A model generated the notes under the pieces. That model was not told the origin of the DNA, ran no database searches, and saw nothing but the letters and a program-made list of their open reading frames with translations. A stretch of DNA of 64,000 bases from Octopus vulgaris (lineage: Eukaryota): NCBI GenBank assembly GCA_951406725.2, contig OX597819.1, forward strand, positions 13,144,001-13,208,000, read 5' to 3'. This document shows positions 39,429 through 53,372 of this stretch, one piece after another. The first letter of the stretch is position 1. Each line of letters begins with the position of its first letter. Both the position numbers and the translations under genes were made by a program.

Positions 39429-40199
39429 ACATGAAGACACTGTTACTGTCTGCCTAACCTCACTGGTGTCACTCCAAAGATGTGTAAAATATAGGAGGTG
39501 TTTCTGACACCATTTCATGTTGTAAACTTTCTGATGTAATCAGTAATATGAAATTCTAAGTCTTATCTAGATAAGACACAGCCTACCTGTAATGAGGTTG
39601 ATGTCACAGGTGAGGCTGCACATGATCAGCAGAGGAAAGGAGAGATAATATTACAAATGTGGGGAGAGGATGGAGTTTGTGAGATTGTGGAATGACATGG
39701 GATGGGATAGTAATTATATAAACGAAATAAAGGATTATTAAATATTAATGATCAGGCAGGTGGTCATTATAGTAAAACCTACGAATAAAGAATAAATATT
39801 ATAAAGTAAAAAATAGATCATTTTTTAAAATTATTTTTGAGAGAAGAGGAGGGAAACAGCTGCCTTGTTTTGTTATGACTGTCTCTGTGGAAATATTTGT
39901 ATAGATGCAGGTGGGATTAAGTAGTTAGGTATAATTAGTAAATATTAATTATGTAAATATATATAAGATAAGATTGATGTAAGACACTTTGTAACCACAT
40001 GGGTTTTCATTCAATTCTATCATTTGGCACATTTAACAAGATTCTTCTAGCTTTGGTTCAACCAAAGGAAGCCATTAGAATAAAACTGAGTGGATAGAAA
40101 CTGTGCTGAAGCTTGTTGAATTGGTACATTCCTTTTCTTGGATATTGGCTGTGAATTGGTAGAATTGGTAGAGCATCAGATAAAATGGTTAGTCCACAT

Positions 40200-40428
40200 T
40201 ACTCCATAAGGATCAAAGGGCTAGTTTCTTGATTTCTTTGACACATAAACTCCTCCCTGGCAATGGCACCAGTCTGTCAGAGGATTCCTCCTGTTTTCCA
40301 GCTGAGTGGAGCAACGTGAAATGAAGTGTTTTACTCAAAAATATAGCACATTGCCTGGTCCAAGAATTGAAACCACATTCATATGATCATGAGTCCAACG
40401 CCCTAACCACTTAGCCATGTGGCTCCAC
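40200..40428 (-). mobile_element. Old tRNA-derived SINE (head related to 49311-49613)
   Basis: Minus head gtggagccacatggctaagtggttagggcgttggactc..gtttcaattc. Confidence 0.65.
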
Positions 40429-43292
40429 TTTAGATAAAATACCTTTTGTTGTTTGTTCTGGCTCTTTACATCCTGAGTTCAAATCCTACCAAGATCAAAT
40501 TTGGTCTTCATCCTTTTGAGATCAATAAAGTTTCAATCACGTACTGAAGTCAATTTAATCAATTAAGCGTCTCCCACAAATCTTGGGCTTTGTTTCTATT
40601 CTAGGGACCCAATATCATCAACTGCCATGAATGGTTCATTGGTAGAATTGGTAAGGCATTCTGGAAGGAATTCATTTATTTATTGAGAGAGTGAGAGGGC
40701 AACAATGATAGACGTAGAATGACAAATAATTTGGTAGATTCTAACTATTTGAAATCTGTAAAAGAAATTATTCTGGACAAAATGAACATTGAAGAAAGCT
40801 GATTTTGTCATAGACCCCCACCTTTTTTATCTGGATTCCTTGCATATGTTTCAATAGTTTGAGCCAAAGATTCCAGTTAATTTCTTCAAATCTTCACAAG
40901 GTGTACATAAACATCCACCTGATAATCACTGCCATTATTATTAATTTCACAGTTTTTTTTCCTTATTTTCTTGTAGGTTTCCGATATAAAGTTATTACTA
41001 ACTTCTGATATATATATAAAGCACATACATACCAACATATTTACACCACAACCACACTACCCTTGTCAGGTTTCTTATAAACCAAATAACATTCAAAAGT
41101 CAGTGAGAGAGTTAGTATGTGGTCACTCAACTCTCTAGAAATAGCAGCAAATTCCCTCACATTGCTCCCAACTGTCTTGACAAATTTGGTAATGCACTCC
41201 TGGATATGCCATGCCTGAAAGAACTAGTTGGTCATGGCTTGCCTGCCTATGTAATCATCTCCCTTTCACAGCTGACCAGATCCAGGCTCTCACACCTACC
41301 CTACAATGTTATTCTACATTAAGTAATTACACCATCAAGATCTTGAAGGTATGAGATAATGCATGATTAATTCAAATCAATGGGAATCAACAGGCATTAT
41401 GTTTGATAGAATAATCAGAACACTAAAGGGTTAAAAGTTCATCTAATTAATATAATCAGTTATTCAATGAATAAACTTTTTTTACAAGCCACTGGTGGAG
41501 CATTTATGCAGCTATTTGACCTACAAGAAATAGCATTCAAATCTCCCTCATGTCGCACCCTAAGAAAGAAAAAAAAAACCCACAATAGATAATTATTGTA
41601 TCTTTTGTTTTCTGACACCTTATCAGGGGAAAAAGCCAAAACGGTCTCATGCTCAGCCATTAATTACATGTTGGACTTAAAGTTAACTTGTCTCTTCTCT
41701 AATGTATAATTACATCTTGTCTAAAAGACGTGGAATATCTGATGCTCTTTCATTACCCCCCCCTGACCAACACAACTCAATATTCTTTTACAGAATTCTA
41801 TATTTGTGATGTCTTTTTTTCTTTCGTTTTTTTTTTTTTTTTTTGAAATACCATCTTTTTACACAACACCGTTAAATATTACTCTGATGCCAAAATCTTA
41901 TAGAATTACACATTTTTATATACTTAATCCCATCTAGCAGACTCTAAGAACAACATAACACCTATTTTACACAAACATCACTGCCACCACCATCACCTTT
42001 AAAAGAATAGTGGATGAAATTCCTAGCAACATTTAGTTATGGACCTTTATGTTCTGAGTTCAAATTTTGCTATGGTCACATTCTGGGGTACGAATCAAGT
42101 AATGAAGATTTAATAGACTTGACTAATACTTTAATTCCACTAATGTCTGGCCTTGTGTCTCAGTAAGGAATCATTATTAGAAGATCTGTGAATTAAAAGA
42201 ATTATTAGAGCATTAGATAAAGTACTCTGCAATAGTGAGTTACAGCTCTCTACATTCTGAGTTCAAATTCTGCCATGGTCAACTTGGTTTTTTATTCTTT
42301 CAGGATCAATAGAATAGAGTACTGGTGAAGTACTGGAGTTGATGTGATAATCTAATCCCTCCCTACAAATTTTTGACCTCGTGTCTGGTATAAGTAAGCA
42401 TCAACACCCTAATTATCATTAAATCCATACAGCCGTGCTTGTACCACACACACACACACACACACATGCATGCATCATTTTTGTATTTGGTTTGCAAGAT
42501 TCTTGATGGGAATTTGTGTATTGAAACAAATCTGTGTCTTGAGAGGGTCATTGCACCAATAATAATAATAAGACATGCTCTGAATCAATATCACCTCTTT
42601 ATTGTTAGTCTATTGGTTAAATATCTAACTAACTAATCGAGACTCAGGGTGGTCTTTGAAGAGAGGAGGTAGGCCATTGATGAAAGTTTGTGAATAGTGA
42701 CAAAAGGGCTTTGACTGACAAACAAATGATTGATTGTTTAACCAGCACATTGAACAAACAATCCATTAGTTATTTGGTTGGATGTTTAACCAGTTGACTA
42801 ACAATAAAGAAGTGATATTGAACCTGCGGGTGTTATTATTATTGACATAATAAACCTCCCAAGATACAAGATATATAGGTGTGGCTATGTGATAAAAAGC
42901 CTGTTTCTCAACCACACAGTTCCAGGTTCAGTCCTACTGCATGGCACCTTGGGAAAGTGTCTTCTACTATAATCCTGGGCTGACCAAAGCCTTGGGAGTG
43001 GATTTTGGTAGATGGAAACAGAAAGAATCTTCATGTGTGTGAGTGTGTGAATGTTTGTGTCTCTTTGTCTTGACTTCCTGTGACAGAAGTTAAATGATTG
43101 ACACTGTCATAGAAGCAGTGCCATTCATTTCCAATATTGTGTGCGGGTAGGGCATGCCTGGCCATGGGGAAATATTTCCTTATGTGGGAACAGATGAGGG
43201 TTGGCGACAGGAAGAGCAGCCAGTCAGCAAATCTGCTTCAATAAACTCTGTCCAATTCATTCTGGCATAAAAAGAAATTGTGTTGATATGAA

Positions 43293-43635
43293 AGACTTTT
43301 ACGGATTCCATGGACAGCGAGGCTCACCAATGGAGAAGTTCTTAACCAGATCAAGCCGAAACTGTCGCTAGAAGCTAGGATAACCAAGCATAGATTGGCA
43401 TATTTTGGTCATATTATGCGGAGAAAATCCCTGGAGAAGGACATCATGCTCGGAATGGTCAGTGGCAAGAGAGGAAGAGGCCGACCAAGAACCCGCTGGC
43501 TTGACACCATCAAGAGTGACACGGGAATGGCCATAGCCAATCTGAAAGAAGCAACCCAGGATAGAACTGGCTGGAGGACACTGATCCATCGAGTAACCAA
43601 AAGTCGACTTCGATTGAACGGATACATAGATAGAT
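43293..43635 (+). mobile_element. 5'-truncated RTE-clade (BovB-like) LINE 3' end
   Basis: Stop-free frame RLLRIPWTAR.TN.EVL...RLAYFGHIMRRKSLEKDIMLG.V.GKR.RGRPRTRWLD..K...QDR.GWR.LIHRVTKSR, followed by a short (ATAG)n tail. Confidence 0.9.
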
Positions 43636-44094
43636 CGCAAATACGAAAGAATTAAATTTTGAATACAGAGTATTATATAAATGGACTTATTTATATTTTT
43701 ATAACCTGGCCACTGTTGTTTCAACAAAGTGAATAATCTCTGTGCATCAGAAAGAGTGGAGAAGGAAGTTGGTGAGAGAGAGAATAAACCAAGTTTGGAT
43801 AAACATTGCAGTTGAACAAATCTGGCAGTTCTCTATTCCACTCAGCTGGTTCCACCTCAACAGAATATTAATACTACAGTTTATTAAAACAGTAAATAAA
43901 ATTATTAATTCCTATGAACTTTATGGTGTCTCTTGTCTTACTCCCCTCCTCTGCAATAAAAAGATTGTTTATAGAATTATGTGCAGAAGCTACAGTGTGA
44001 CATTGGCCACTTGCTCCTAATTGGATTCAAGCAACAAAGGCTTGGAGTCTGCATGTGTTTGTGTAAGTGATGTGTGTGTTATTAAATAAAATTT

Positions 44095-44097
<3 letters not shown>

Positions 44098-44147
<50 letters not shown>
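44098..44147. repeat. (AG)n microsatellite
   Basis: Directly visible. Confidence 0.95.
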
Positions 44148-44627
44148 TGAGCAGTTATTAGCAAACTGTAGAAAGAAACAGGGAATGCTTTATCTCATCT
44201 TTGGAGATGGCAGAGGCAAGAGAATGTAGGAAAGTGATAAGCAAATTCTTGGCAAACATTAAATTAAAATAAGCATTTCTTGGTTAGCATGGCTGCATCT
44301 AATTGAAGTTTTGGTGGGGGTGGTACAGGGTGGCAACATACTTAGATGGGGGGGAGGCAAAGGAACATGGACATGCCCTGATAATAGTAATGTTGTTCCT
44401 TGGTGTTGGAGGTGGGGGTGATACAGTCTGGGTCCCTGCCATCTCCAGTGATCAGCTGATCACAGGAATGTTTCACAGTACAGGTTGTATTGAGTGCATA
44501 AAGCTATATTTATTGAGGGTGAGTGGTGTGGCTATGTGGTTAACAAGTCTCTTTCCCAACCATTTGGTTTTCAGTTCAATCCCACTATAGAGTACCTTCA
44601 GCAAGTGTCTTCTATGATAGCCCCAGG

Positions 44628-44783
44628 CAGGGGCAGACTGAGAGTATTAAGGGCCCTCGGGCATAACTGTTTACTGGGCCCCTTAGCATTGATATCAATA
44701 GAGTTAATATGTAGAGTGCAGAGCCCTCAGAATGCTGGGCCCTCAGGCAGAGCCCAGCTGAATGATGGCTCAGTCTGCCCCTG
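44628..44783. mobile_element. 156-bp hAT-type MITE inserted in an old SINE A
   Basis: 15-bp perfect TIRs CAGGGGCAGACTGAG / CTCAGTCTGCCCCTG and an 8-bp TSD gccccagg / gccctagg. Confidence 0.85.
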
Positions 44784-44944
44784 GCCCTAGGCCATCTAAA
44801 AGCCGTGGGAATGGATTTGGTATGTGGAAACTGAAGAAGTGTTTCGACTGGAAAAAATATAGTCAGGTACTTTTTGAACACACCTCATATATAGTTCTAC
44901 ATTTAGAGATGAGGAATTATGTACATTATTTGCATTATTTACAT

Positions 44945-45090
44945 TATGACGCAGTGGTTAAGAGCGCAGGCTACTAACCCCAAGATTCCGAGTTCGATTC
45001 CACGCAGTGACTTGAATACTAATAAAAATAGCATAGAAAAATACCTTAGGAATGAGAACCCAGGTTTGAAATTTCCCCAAGACACCTGAA
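44945..45090 (+). mobile_element. Second copy of family I (tRNA head), truncated inside the hammerhead core
   Basis: Aligns to 36758-36910 in reverse and ends at gacacCTGAA. Confidence 0.75.
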
Positions 45091-45359
45091 AGCATCTCTT
45101 CATAGTTGCTTGACATGTTAAAAATAGCAGTCAGTTACTTTCAAATGACCCCTTCAGTCTCAAAAAGAGAAGAACGTGTTGGACAATGAAGTCTTAAAAA
45201 TCTGCAATGACTGAAACAATGACATGTTTGTTTGTGACTCAAATGCTTTCGATAAAAGGTCTGTCTGTCTGGTCAGTGAGAATTGACCTAGGCTTAAACA
45301 TCCACTCCAGTGACGGTTGTGATCACAATTGGAAATAAATACTTGGAAGCAAAAACAGA

Positions 45360-45772
45360 TACTCTTTTACTCTTTTACTTGTTTCAGTCATTTGACTGCG
45401 GCCATGCTGGAGCACCGCCTTTAATCGAGCAATTCGACCCTGGTACTTATTCTTTTTGTAAGCCCAGTACTTATTCTATCGGTCTCTTTTTGCCGAACCG
45501 TTAAGTAACGGGGACATAAACGCACCAGCATCGGTTGTCAAGCAATGCTAGGGGGACAAACACAGACACACAAACACACACACACACATATATATATATA
45601 CATATATACGACGGGCTTCTTTCAGTTTCCGTCTACCAAATCCACTCACAAGGTTTTGGTCGGCCCGAGGCTATAGTAGAAGACACTTGACCAAGGTGCC
45701 ATGCAGTGGGACTGAACCCAGAACCATGTGGTTGGTAAACAAGCTACTTACCACACAGCCACTCCTGCGCCT
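45360..45772 (-). mobile_element. SINE family A, full length
   Basis: Matches the family A consensus. Confidence 0.9.
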
Positions 45773-45835
45773 ATACATCCTTTTTTTTTTTCTTCACTGT
45801 TTTTCACAATTCCTCTTTTCCATTCTCTCTGTCTT

Positions 45836-45867
<32 letters not shown>

Positions 45868-46389
45868 TGCTGTCATTATATATTTTATTTTTGACCTAAA
45901 ATTTCACTCTCAACTCCTTTCCCAATTGCTCTTACTATTTAAATACCAATACATCCATACACACATCTGTGAATGGCCATACGTGCAACAACACAACACA
46001 ACACAACACAACACACAAGAGTTTTTACACTTATACACACACACACAATCATACATGCATACCTTCACATACATTCACTCTCTTTTTTTCTCTTCTCTCT
46101 CACTTCTCATTCTCTCTCTCTCTCTCCTTCCTCTCTTTGTCTTCTCAGCCTGTCTTTCCTCAATGGCCATCCTTCACTAAAGAAGTACACTGCAGTCCTC
46201 ACATGTCTATTTTTCTTGAAGCTTAAGTGACATGTTTGTGTGTGTATGTGTGTGTGTGTGTGTTGTGGTGGTGGGGAAGGTGACTTAGTCTTGAAAATGG
46301 AGTAAAACACTTCATTTTCTTCACCTTTCTGTTTTTCCTTTTGTTTTTTTGTTTTTTTTTAAATACGTTTTGGCATTTTCTGGTAAGAG

Positions 46390-47030
<641 letters not shown>

Positions 47031-47660
47031 CCTTCCCTTCCCTGGGTTCTGGTTAGCACAGGAACTAACCATGGATTTTGTTTTTACTCTTGCTTTCTTT
47101 GTCCTTTTCTGTTTTGCCTGTTTTTCTTCTTTTATGTCAATGTTGCTTTTCATAAAGCAGCAATTACAGTTGCCATGACAACTAAACACTAAAGGGAAGG
47201 GCCGTGTGTTCACTGAACCCGCTAGAAACAGAAGCAATATTCCTTTAAATCTCACTTTTAGAGAAAGGAAAGTCACATTGGTTAATATAGCACCGGAGGC
47301 ATTATATCTTGAGATGAGATGGGAGAATTGTAGCTAGGACAGCTTTGATTAAAGGTCTGGTTGATCAGGTCTGACCTGGGGTTAAATAGTAGTGACTAAG
47401 CCCCCATTGTCTGTGATATACCAGCCCCCACCATCACCTTAGCTGCCATTTCATCACAGTTCCATTTTCCAGTCAAGCATTCTATTCAACCATCCCACCT
47501 AGTCAAAGAGGAGTTCCTCCATACTCTATAATCAAGGATGGAAGTGTCTGTCTGTCTGTATGTCTAGAGAGAGAGAGAGAGAGAAACTGAGGAGGCAGGC
47601 CTAGGTTAATTTATTACATCCTGTTCTCTTTGGAGGGACTGATTCATTCCACATCTACAG

Positions 47661-47698
47661 ACCCGGTGGATGTGTGGATAGGCTTGTGTCTAGCATAG
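47661..47698 (+). CDS. Candidate 38-nt coding microexon of the RhoGEF gene (K-PGGCVDRLVSSI-G)
   Basis: Acceptor attcattccacatctacag with branch-like ctgat upstream, and consensus donor TAG|GTGAGT. It is phase 2 in and phase 1 out, which bridges exon 37804-37960 and exon 54898 with no stop. The sequence is unique, not repeat. Confidence 0.6.
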
Positions 47699-48188
47699 GT
47701 GAGTGTGGTGGCGAGACAGCCGTACATCTAGCAGAATGGATTAAGAGGAATGCTTAGAGATTTATTCTTTCCTCAACTCCTTTTCAATTTTCAGAACAAA
47801 TTATCCAACAAATATATTCAATTTTTTTCCTGTTTAGTTATTGGTCTATAACCATGCTAAGTATAACCTAGGAGAGTATTCATTACGTAAGCCCTAACTA
47901 TTGTTGTTAGGCTTAAAGACTGGCCATGTTCTAGTGGATGTATAAACCAAAGAATTTCCATCCTGTTTTCGTTTTCAGGGATGGTGTACCCTGGACTACA
48001 TTACCCAATGTTTTCCATGTCTTGCTTTTATTATTTTTTTAAAGATGAACAGTGTGATTTAAGAGAGATTTAGCTGTTATTTCTTGCAGTTAAGACTTGT
48101 TGGCTTGTATCGACCCCAGTAATTTGTCTTGTCCACTGAACAACCTTAAAAGGAGGGAAAAAGTCAATTTCACCTCAGCATAACTTTA

Positions 48189-49108
48189 TATTTCTTTATT
48201 GCCCACAGGGGGCTAAACATAAAGGGGACAAACAAGAACAGACAAAGGGATTAAGTCAATTACATCGACCCAGTGTGTAACTGGTACTTATTTAATCAAC
48301 CCCGAAAGGGTGAAAGGCAAAGTCAACCTTGGCGGAATTTGAACTCAGAACGTAATGGCAGATGAAATACTGCCAAACATTTCGACCAGCATGCTAACGA
48401 TTCTGCCAGTTCGCTGCCTTGATAACTTTATATTGAGGTGAAATTAGTTAATGAGAGGGTTCTTTGTTTGGAGATCCTGTGAGTGCTGGCGCCATATAAC
48501 AAACACCAAGTACACTCTGTAGGTTGGTGTTAGGAAGGACATCCAGCAGTACAAACCATGCCAAAACTGACAGGCGCTGGCCTTGGAGCCCCATCAGGCT
48601 CCATAGTCTAACTGTCCAACCCATGCCAGCATGGATAATGCATGTTAAATGGTGATGATGGTGGAGGCTGAGTGGAATACAACAGGGTATTTTTGTTTGG
48701 CACACCAATTCTTTCTTCTTAGACCAGTGGATGTCTGTTTTCAAAATTTGTTTGTCAACAGATGAAAGAGAAAGTACTCAATATATGGTGTAGAGTATAT
48801 GATTAATATAAACTGAATTACTTTCTTGCAACTTGAGTTTTATGCTACAGCAGTCATCAGGCATGTGTGTGTGTGTGTGTATATTTCTTTACTACCCACA
48901 AGGGGCTAAACACAGAGGGGACAAACAAGGACAGACAAAGGGATTAAGTTGATTATATCGACCCCAGTGTGTAACTGGTACTTAATTTATCGACCCTGAA
49001 AGGATGAAAGGCAAAGTCGACCTCGGTGAAATTTGAACCCAGAACGTAACGGCAGACGAAAAACAGCTACGCATTTCGCCCGGCATGCTAGCGTTTCTGC
49101 CAGCTCGC
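48189..49108 (-). mobile_element. Two SINE family B copies (~48189-48420, ~48882-49108)
   Basis: Match family B. Confidence 0.85.
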
Positions 49109-49310
49109 AGTGTGTGTATATATATATATATACATACACACATGATGGGCTTGTACATAGTTATTTACGAAATTCCACTCACCAACCTTTGGTTGACTTG
49201 AGCAAAGGAGTAAGATGTCATGGAAGGAGACTGGGCTGAGAAAAAATGTGGTTTTAAAACAAATATCTTAATCACACAGCCATAACTAAACCTGTATAAT
49301 ATATATATAT

Positions 49311-49613
49311 ATCACCGTGACTGACCAGGCTATCAGATGTTGTTACACATCGCTGGTCACAATGCGCTTCACATTGTTTTAGCCTTCAAATGACGCCACC
49401 TCGCTGGCTAAGTGAGCAGGCCAACAGAAGAAAGAGTGAGAGAAAGTTGCGGCGAAAGAGTACAGCAGGGATCGCCACTACCCCCTGCCGGAGCCTCGTG
49501 GAGCTTTAGGTGTTTTCACTCAATAAACACTCACAACGCCCGGTCTGGGAATCGAAACCGCGATCCTACGACCGCGAGTCCGCTGCCCTAACCACTGGGC
49601 CATTGCACCTCCA
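49311..49613 (-). mobile_element. Young tRNA-derived SINE family E in (TA)n
   Basis: Minus head gtggaggtgcaatggcccagtggttagggcagcggactcgc..gtttcgattcc has A and B boxes and is CpG-rich. Flanked by (TA)n on both sides. Confidence 0.8.
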
Positions 49614-50506
49614 CATATATATATATGGATATAAATAGTTTCAGTCATGACTGTTTGGTCACACACACACACACTCTCTGAAAATTTTATGATTACCACT
49701 CATCTCTTTAGCATCCAATTCAACCAAACTAGCCTAATCCAGAATTAGTGATCTGTTAAGTTTTTGGTATCAGTAAACCCTGATTACATCACCCCTGCCA
49801 ACAATGACCACCACTTCCAAGTCACATGACTGGTTATTTATTTATTTATTATACAGCTTTATACATGACCCATCAAGGAGGCTTATCTTTGGTCACTTGA
49901 CCTGCTACAAATAGCAACCAAATCATTGAATTCACATAACCATCTTTGAAAAAAAAAAAAAGAGTTGAAAAGACAGGCTAGTCGTAAGGTTTTTTGAATT
50001 CTTTTGATCAAAGATCTTTTGGATGAAGACTGGCTTAGGACTAAACAGCTCTATTTCCCTACACCATAAATAAACTACTCTGCCGCCTACATTTAAAAAA
50101 GAAAAGATCTGTGGCTTAATTTACGTTTAAAACTCGTTTGTATGAGTGCACAGCAAGTCTAAGAGTGCACAGGGAATCTTAGATTTCATACATGAGGTTA
50201 GTTTTGTAAGCAAGCTCTGTTGGCCTCTCATTTGTTTATAAACACAGCCGAAGGAATTAGTATAAGATAAACCATACTGATTAGAAGATCAGCGATTAAC
50301 TGGTGTCTGAAGTGTTTGTCACTGTTTAGCCCTGAGTCAGCCTGGATCGAGCAACTCCATATTTAATGACATTCTTACCTAAGTCTACAAGATTATCCAT
50401 CAGCTTTCCAACTACTTTGGCCACTTTTTTTGAAGTCAACACCTCTACCATCCATGGACAAGTTTACAAAATCAAAAAATCTGCAGTACCCATGACTTTC
50501 AGCAGC

Positions 50507-51176
50507 ATTTCTTATTTCTTTACTGCCCACAAGGGGTTACACACAGAGGGGACAAACAAGGACAGATAAATGGATTAAGTTGATTATATCAGCCCAAGTG
50601 CATAACTGGTACTTATTTAATCGATCCCGAAAGGATGAAAGGCAAAGTCGACCTCGGCAGAATTTGAACTCAGAACGTAGTGGCAGATGAAATACCGCTA
50701 AGCATTTTGCCCGGGCGTGCTAACATTTCTTATTTCGTTACTGTCCACAAGGGGCTACACATAGAGGGGACAAACAAGGACAGATAAATGGATTAAGTTG
50801 ATTATATCGACCCTAGTGCATAACTGGTACTTATTTAATCGATCCCGAAAGGATGAAAGGCAAAGTTGACCTCGGCAGAATTTGAACTCAGAACGTAGTG
50901 GCAGATGAAATACTGCTAAGCATTTCGCCCGGCGTGCTAACATTTCTTATTTCGTTACTGCCCACAAGGGGCTACACATAGAGGGGACAAACAAGGACAG
51001 ACAAATGGATTAAGTTGATTATATCGACCCCAGTGTGTAACTGGTACTTAATTTATCGACCCTGAAAGGATGAAAGGCAAAGTTGACCTCAGCAGAATTT
51101 GAACTCAGAACGCAGTGGCAGATGGAATACCACTAAGCATTTTGCCCGGCGTGCTAACGTTTGTGCCAGCTCGCCT
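50507..51176 (-). mobile_element. Head-to-tail trimer of SINE B (~217-bp period)
   Basis: atttcttatttc recurs at ~50507, 50724 and 50942. Confidence 0.9.
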
Positions 51177-51189
51177 TTCAGCAACATTT

Positions 51190-51490
51190 GTTTCACACTC
51201 AAGAATTGCGAAAGCATGGAACAAACTACCCATATCAGTAGTTAGTTGTCAAGACACTGCATCCTTCAAAGATTCCACGCTTCCTGAAATTCACCAACTT
51301 TATTCCTGACATACTTAAGCACCCTTTCCTCTTTAAGACTCTTTTAATGTTTACTACGTTTCTGTCTTTTTCTGTTTTATTCTCTGTGCTATGCATGTAA
51401 TTCTAGCTTTCATTGCTGTCTTCCTTTACTTGACATACAGTGTCCGCTTTCAGTCACCTCTTTTAACCTTTTCCACAAGTTGTGCACTTT
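51190..51490 (+). mobile_element. CR1-type LINE 3' terminus (an opposite-strand tail fragment lies at ~51800-51960)
   Basis: RIAKAWNKLP..VV....ASFK motif. Same family as 8420-8740. Confidence 0.7.
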
Positions 51491-52157
51491 TCCCCATACA
51501 CACTGCACCCACATCCTGTAAACACCCTTTTTTTGAGATGGTCAAAGTATAAATTGTTTTGCCAGTACCGCAGAAGAGAGAGAAAGAAATTTAGAGAGAG
51601 AGAGAGAACTTGACAGCAGCTGCAAAATATGGTCTGTAATGATATTCTTGTAATCAGAGATTGCTTACAAAACAGTATGGAATTGTCCTTACTTTAGGAA
51701 CCAAATTTTGTCTGTTTCACATGTTTAATGCAGGAAGTATTAAGCGTTATGCAAGGAAGTGAAAAAACAATATTTATAATGATAAAAATGTAGAGTGTGT
51801 AGTGTTCAGGTGCACAACAATTTGTTAGAAAAGAATAAAAGAGGGGACAAAAAGCAAACAAAATCAGCTAAGGACAACCATGAATGCTAGAAATAGACGC
51901 ACAGTACACAAAATAGAACTCAAAAGAGAGAAAACTGGACATTAAAAGAGCCATAAAGTTAAGGACTAATATTATTTTCAATTCTTCAGCAAGTACAAGG
52001 AATAATTTCAAATGTTTCACTTTTATTGTGATGTTATAATCATTTGTAATTAACTTATTGACCCTCTTAATATTAAATATATTAACACTAGCTTAACTGT
52101 TATTTTTCAAGCAGATGGTGTCTCTGAATTATTTTATCTTTTATAAAAGTTTTCATT

Positions 52158-52320
52158 GGCACTGCAGTGGCTGTGTGGTAAGTTGCTTGCTTACCAACTG
52201 CATGGTTCCTGGTTCAGTCCCACTGCATGGCATCTTGGGCAAGTGTCTTCTGCTATAACCTTAGGCCGACCAAAGCCTTGTGAGTGGATTTGGTAGATGG
52301 AAACTGAAAGAAGCCTGTCG

Positions 52321-52360
<40 letters not shown>

Positions 52361-52566
52361 ATGTTTGTGTGTCTGTGTTTGTCCCCCCAACATCTTTTGA
52401 CAACTGATGTTGGTGTGTTTATGTCCATGTAATTTAGCAGTTCGGCAAAAGAGACCGATAGAATAAGTACTAGGTTTGCAAAGAATAAGTCTTGGGGTTG
52501 ATTTGCTTGACTAAAGGTGATGCTCCAGCATGGCCACAGTCAAATGACTGAAACAAATAAAAGAAT
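52158..52566 (+). mobile_element. SINE family A
   Basis: Matches family A. Confidence 0.85.
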
Positions 52567-53372
52567 ATCACATTTTTATCATAGGCAAGATAAAATTCTG
52601 GTGACCCAGTGAATTCATTAAGGGCTGTGGGGGTATATTATTTATTGTATTACATAGCAGTGTTAAGACTGTTGTGATTAAGAAACTGTTTCATTAGTTA
52701 AATAACAAAGATACAACTGTGAATGTTATATAAATAGATTCCTCACAGACTGCTGTCATTAGAAACCTTCGTCTAAAATGCTATGTTTAATATTAAACAG
52801 AATCTTTCAAACCATGATATTCAATTCCATAGTTTTCTTTCTATTTCTGCTATGCCATATCTTAAATCTGTAATACAAACTTAGTTCAATCAGTGATGAT
52901 ATCTTTCCATATATGATTGCTTTTAAAATAAATGGAAGAAAACTAAAGAGAATTTAGTTTCTTCTTCACAATATCTCTCTCTGTTTCTCTCTCTCTCTCT
53001 TGTAAGAGATTCTGCACTAACCAACCTATACAACCCTTCCACTTCTTTCAAACTAAACTGACCCCGGATTTACCTTCTGACTCTAAAATGTATTTGCACC
53101 AAACACAAACTTCTAACATTTCAAGTAATAAATCACCCTTACTGACCTGAACTCAATTATGTAACCCTTTAGTTGCCAAAAAGTCAGTCGTGACAAGATG
53201 TATCAGCATTGGAAAAAATATGCATTATACTCTGCCCAAAGCCAACTTTCTGTCTCATCCCTTCAGGCTTCGTGATTTCAGTAAAAGTGAAATATTGCCT
53301 TAAGTCAAATCAACTTCACTCATTCAAATTGTGTGGCTTTATCAATCATTACCATTATATTTTTTTTGTTAA

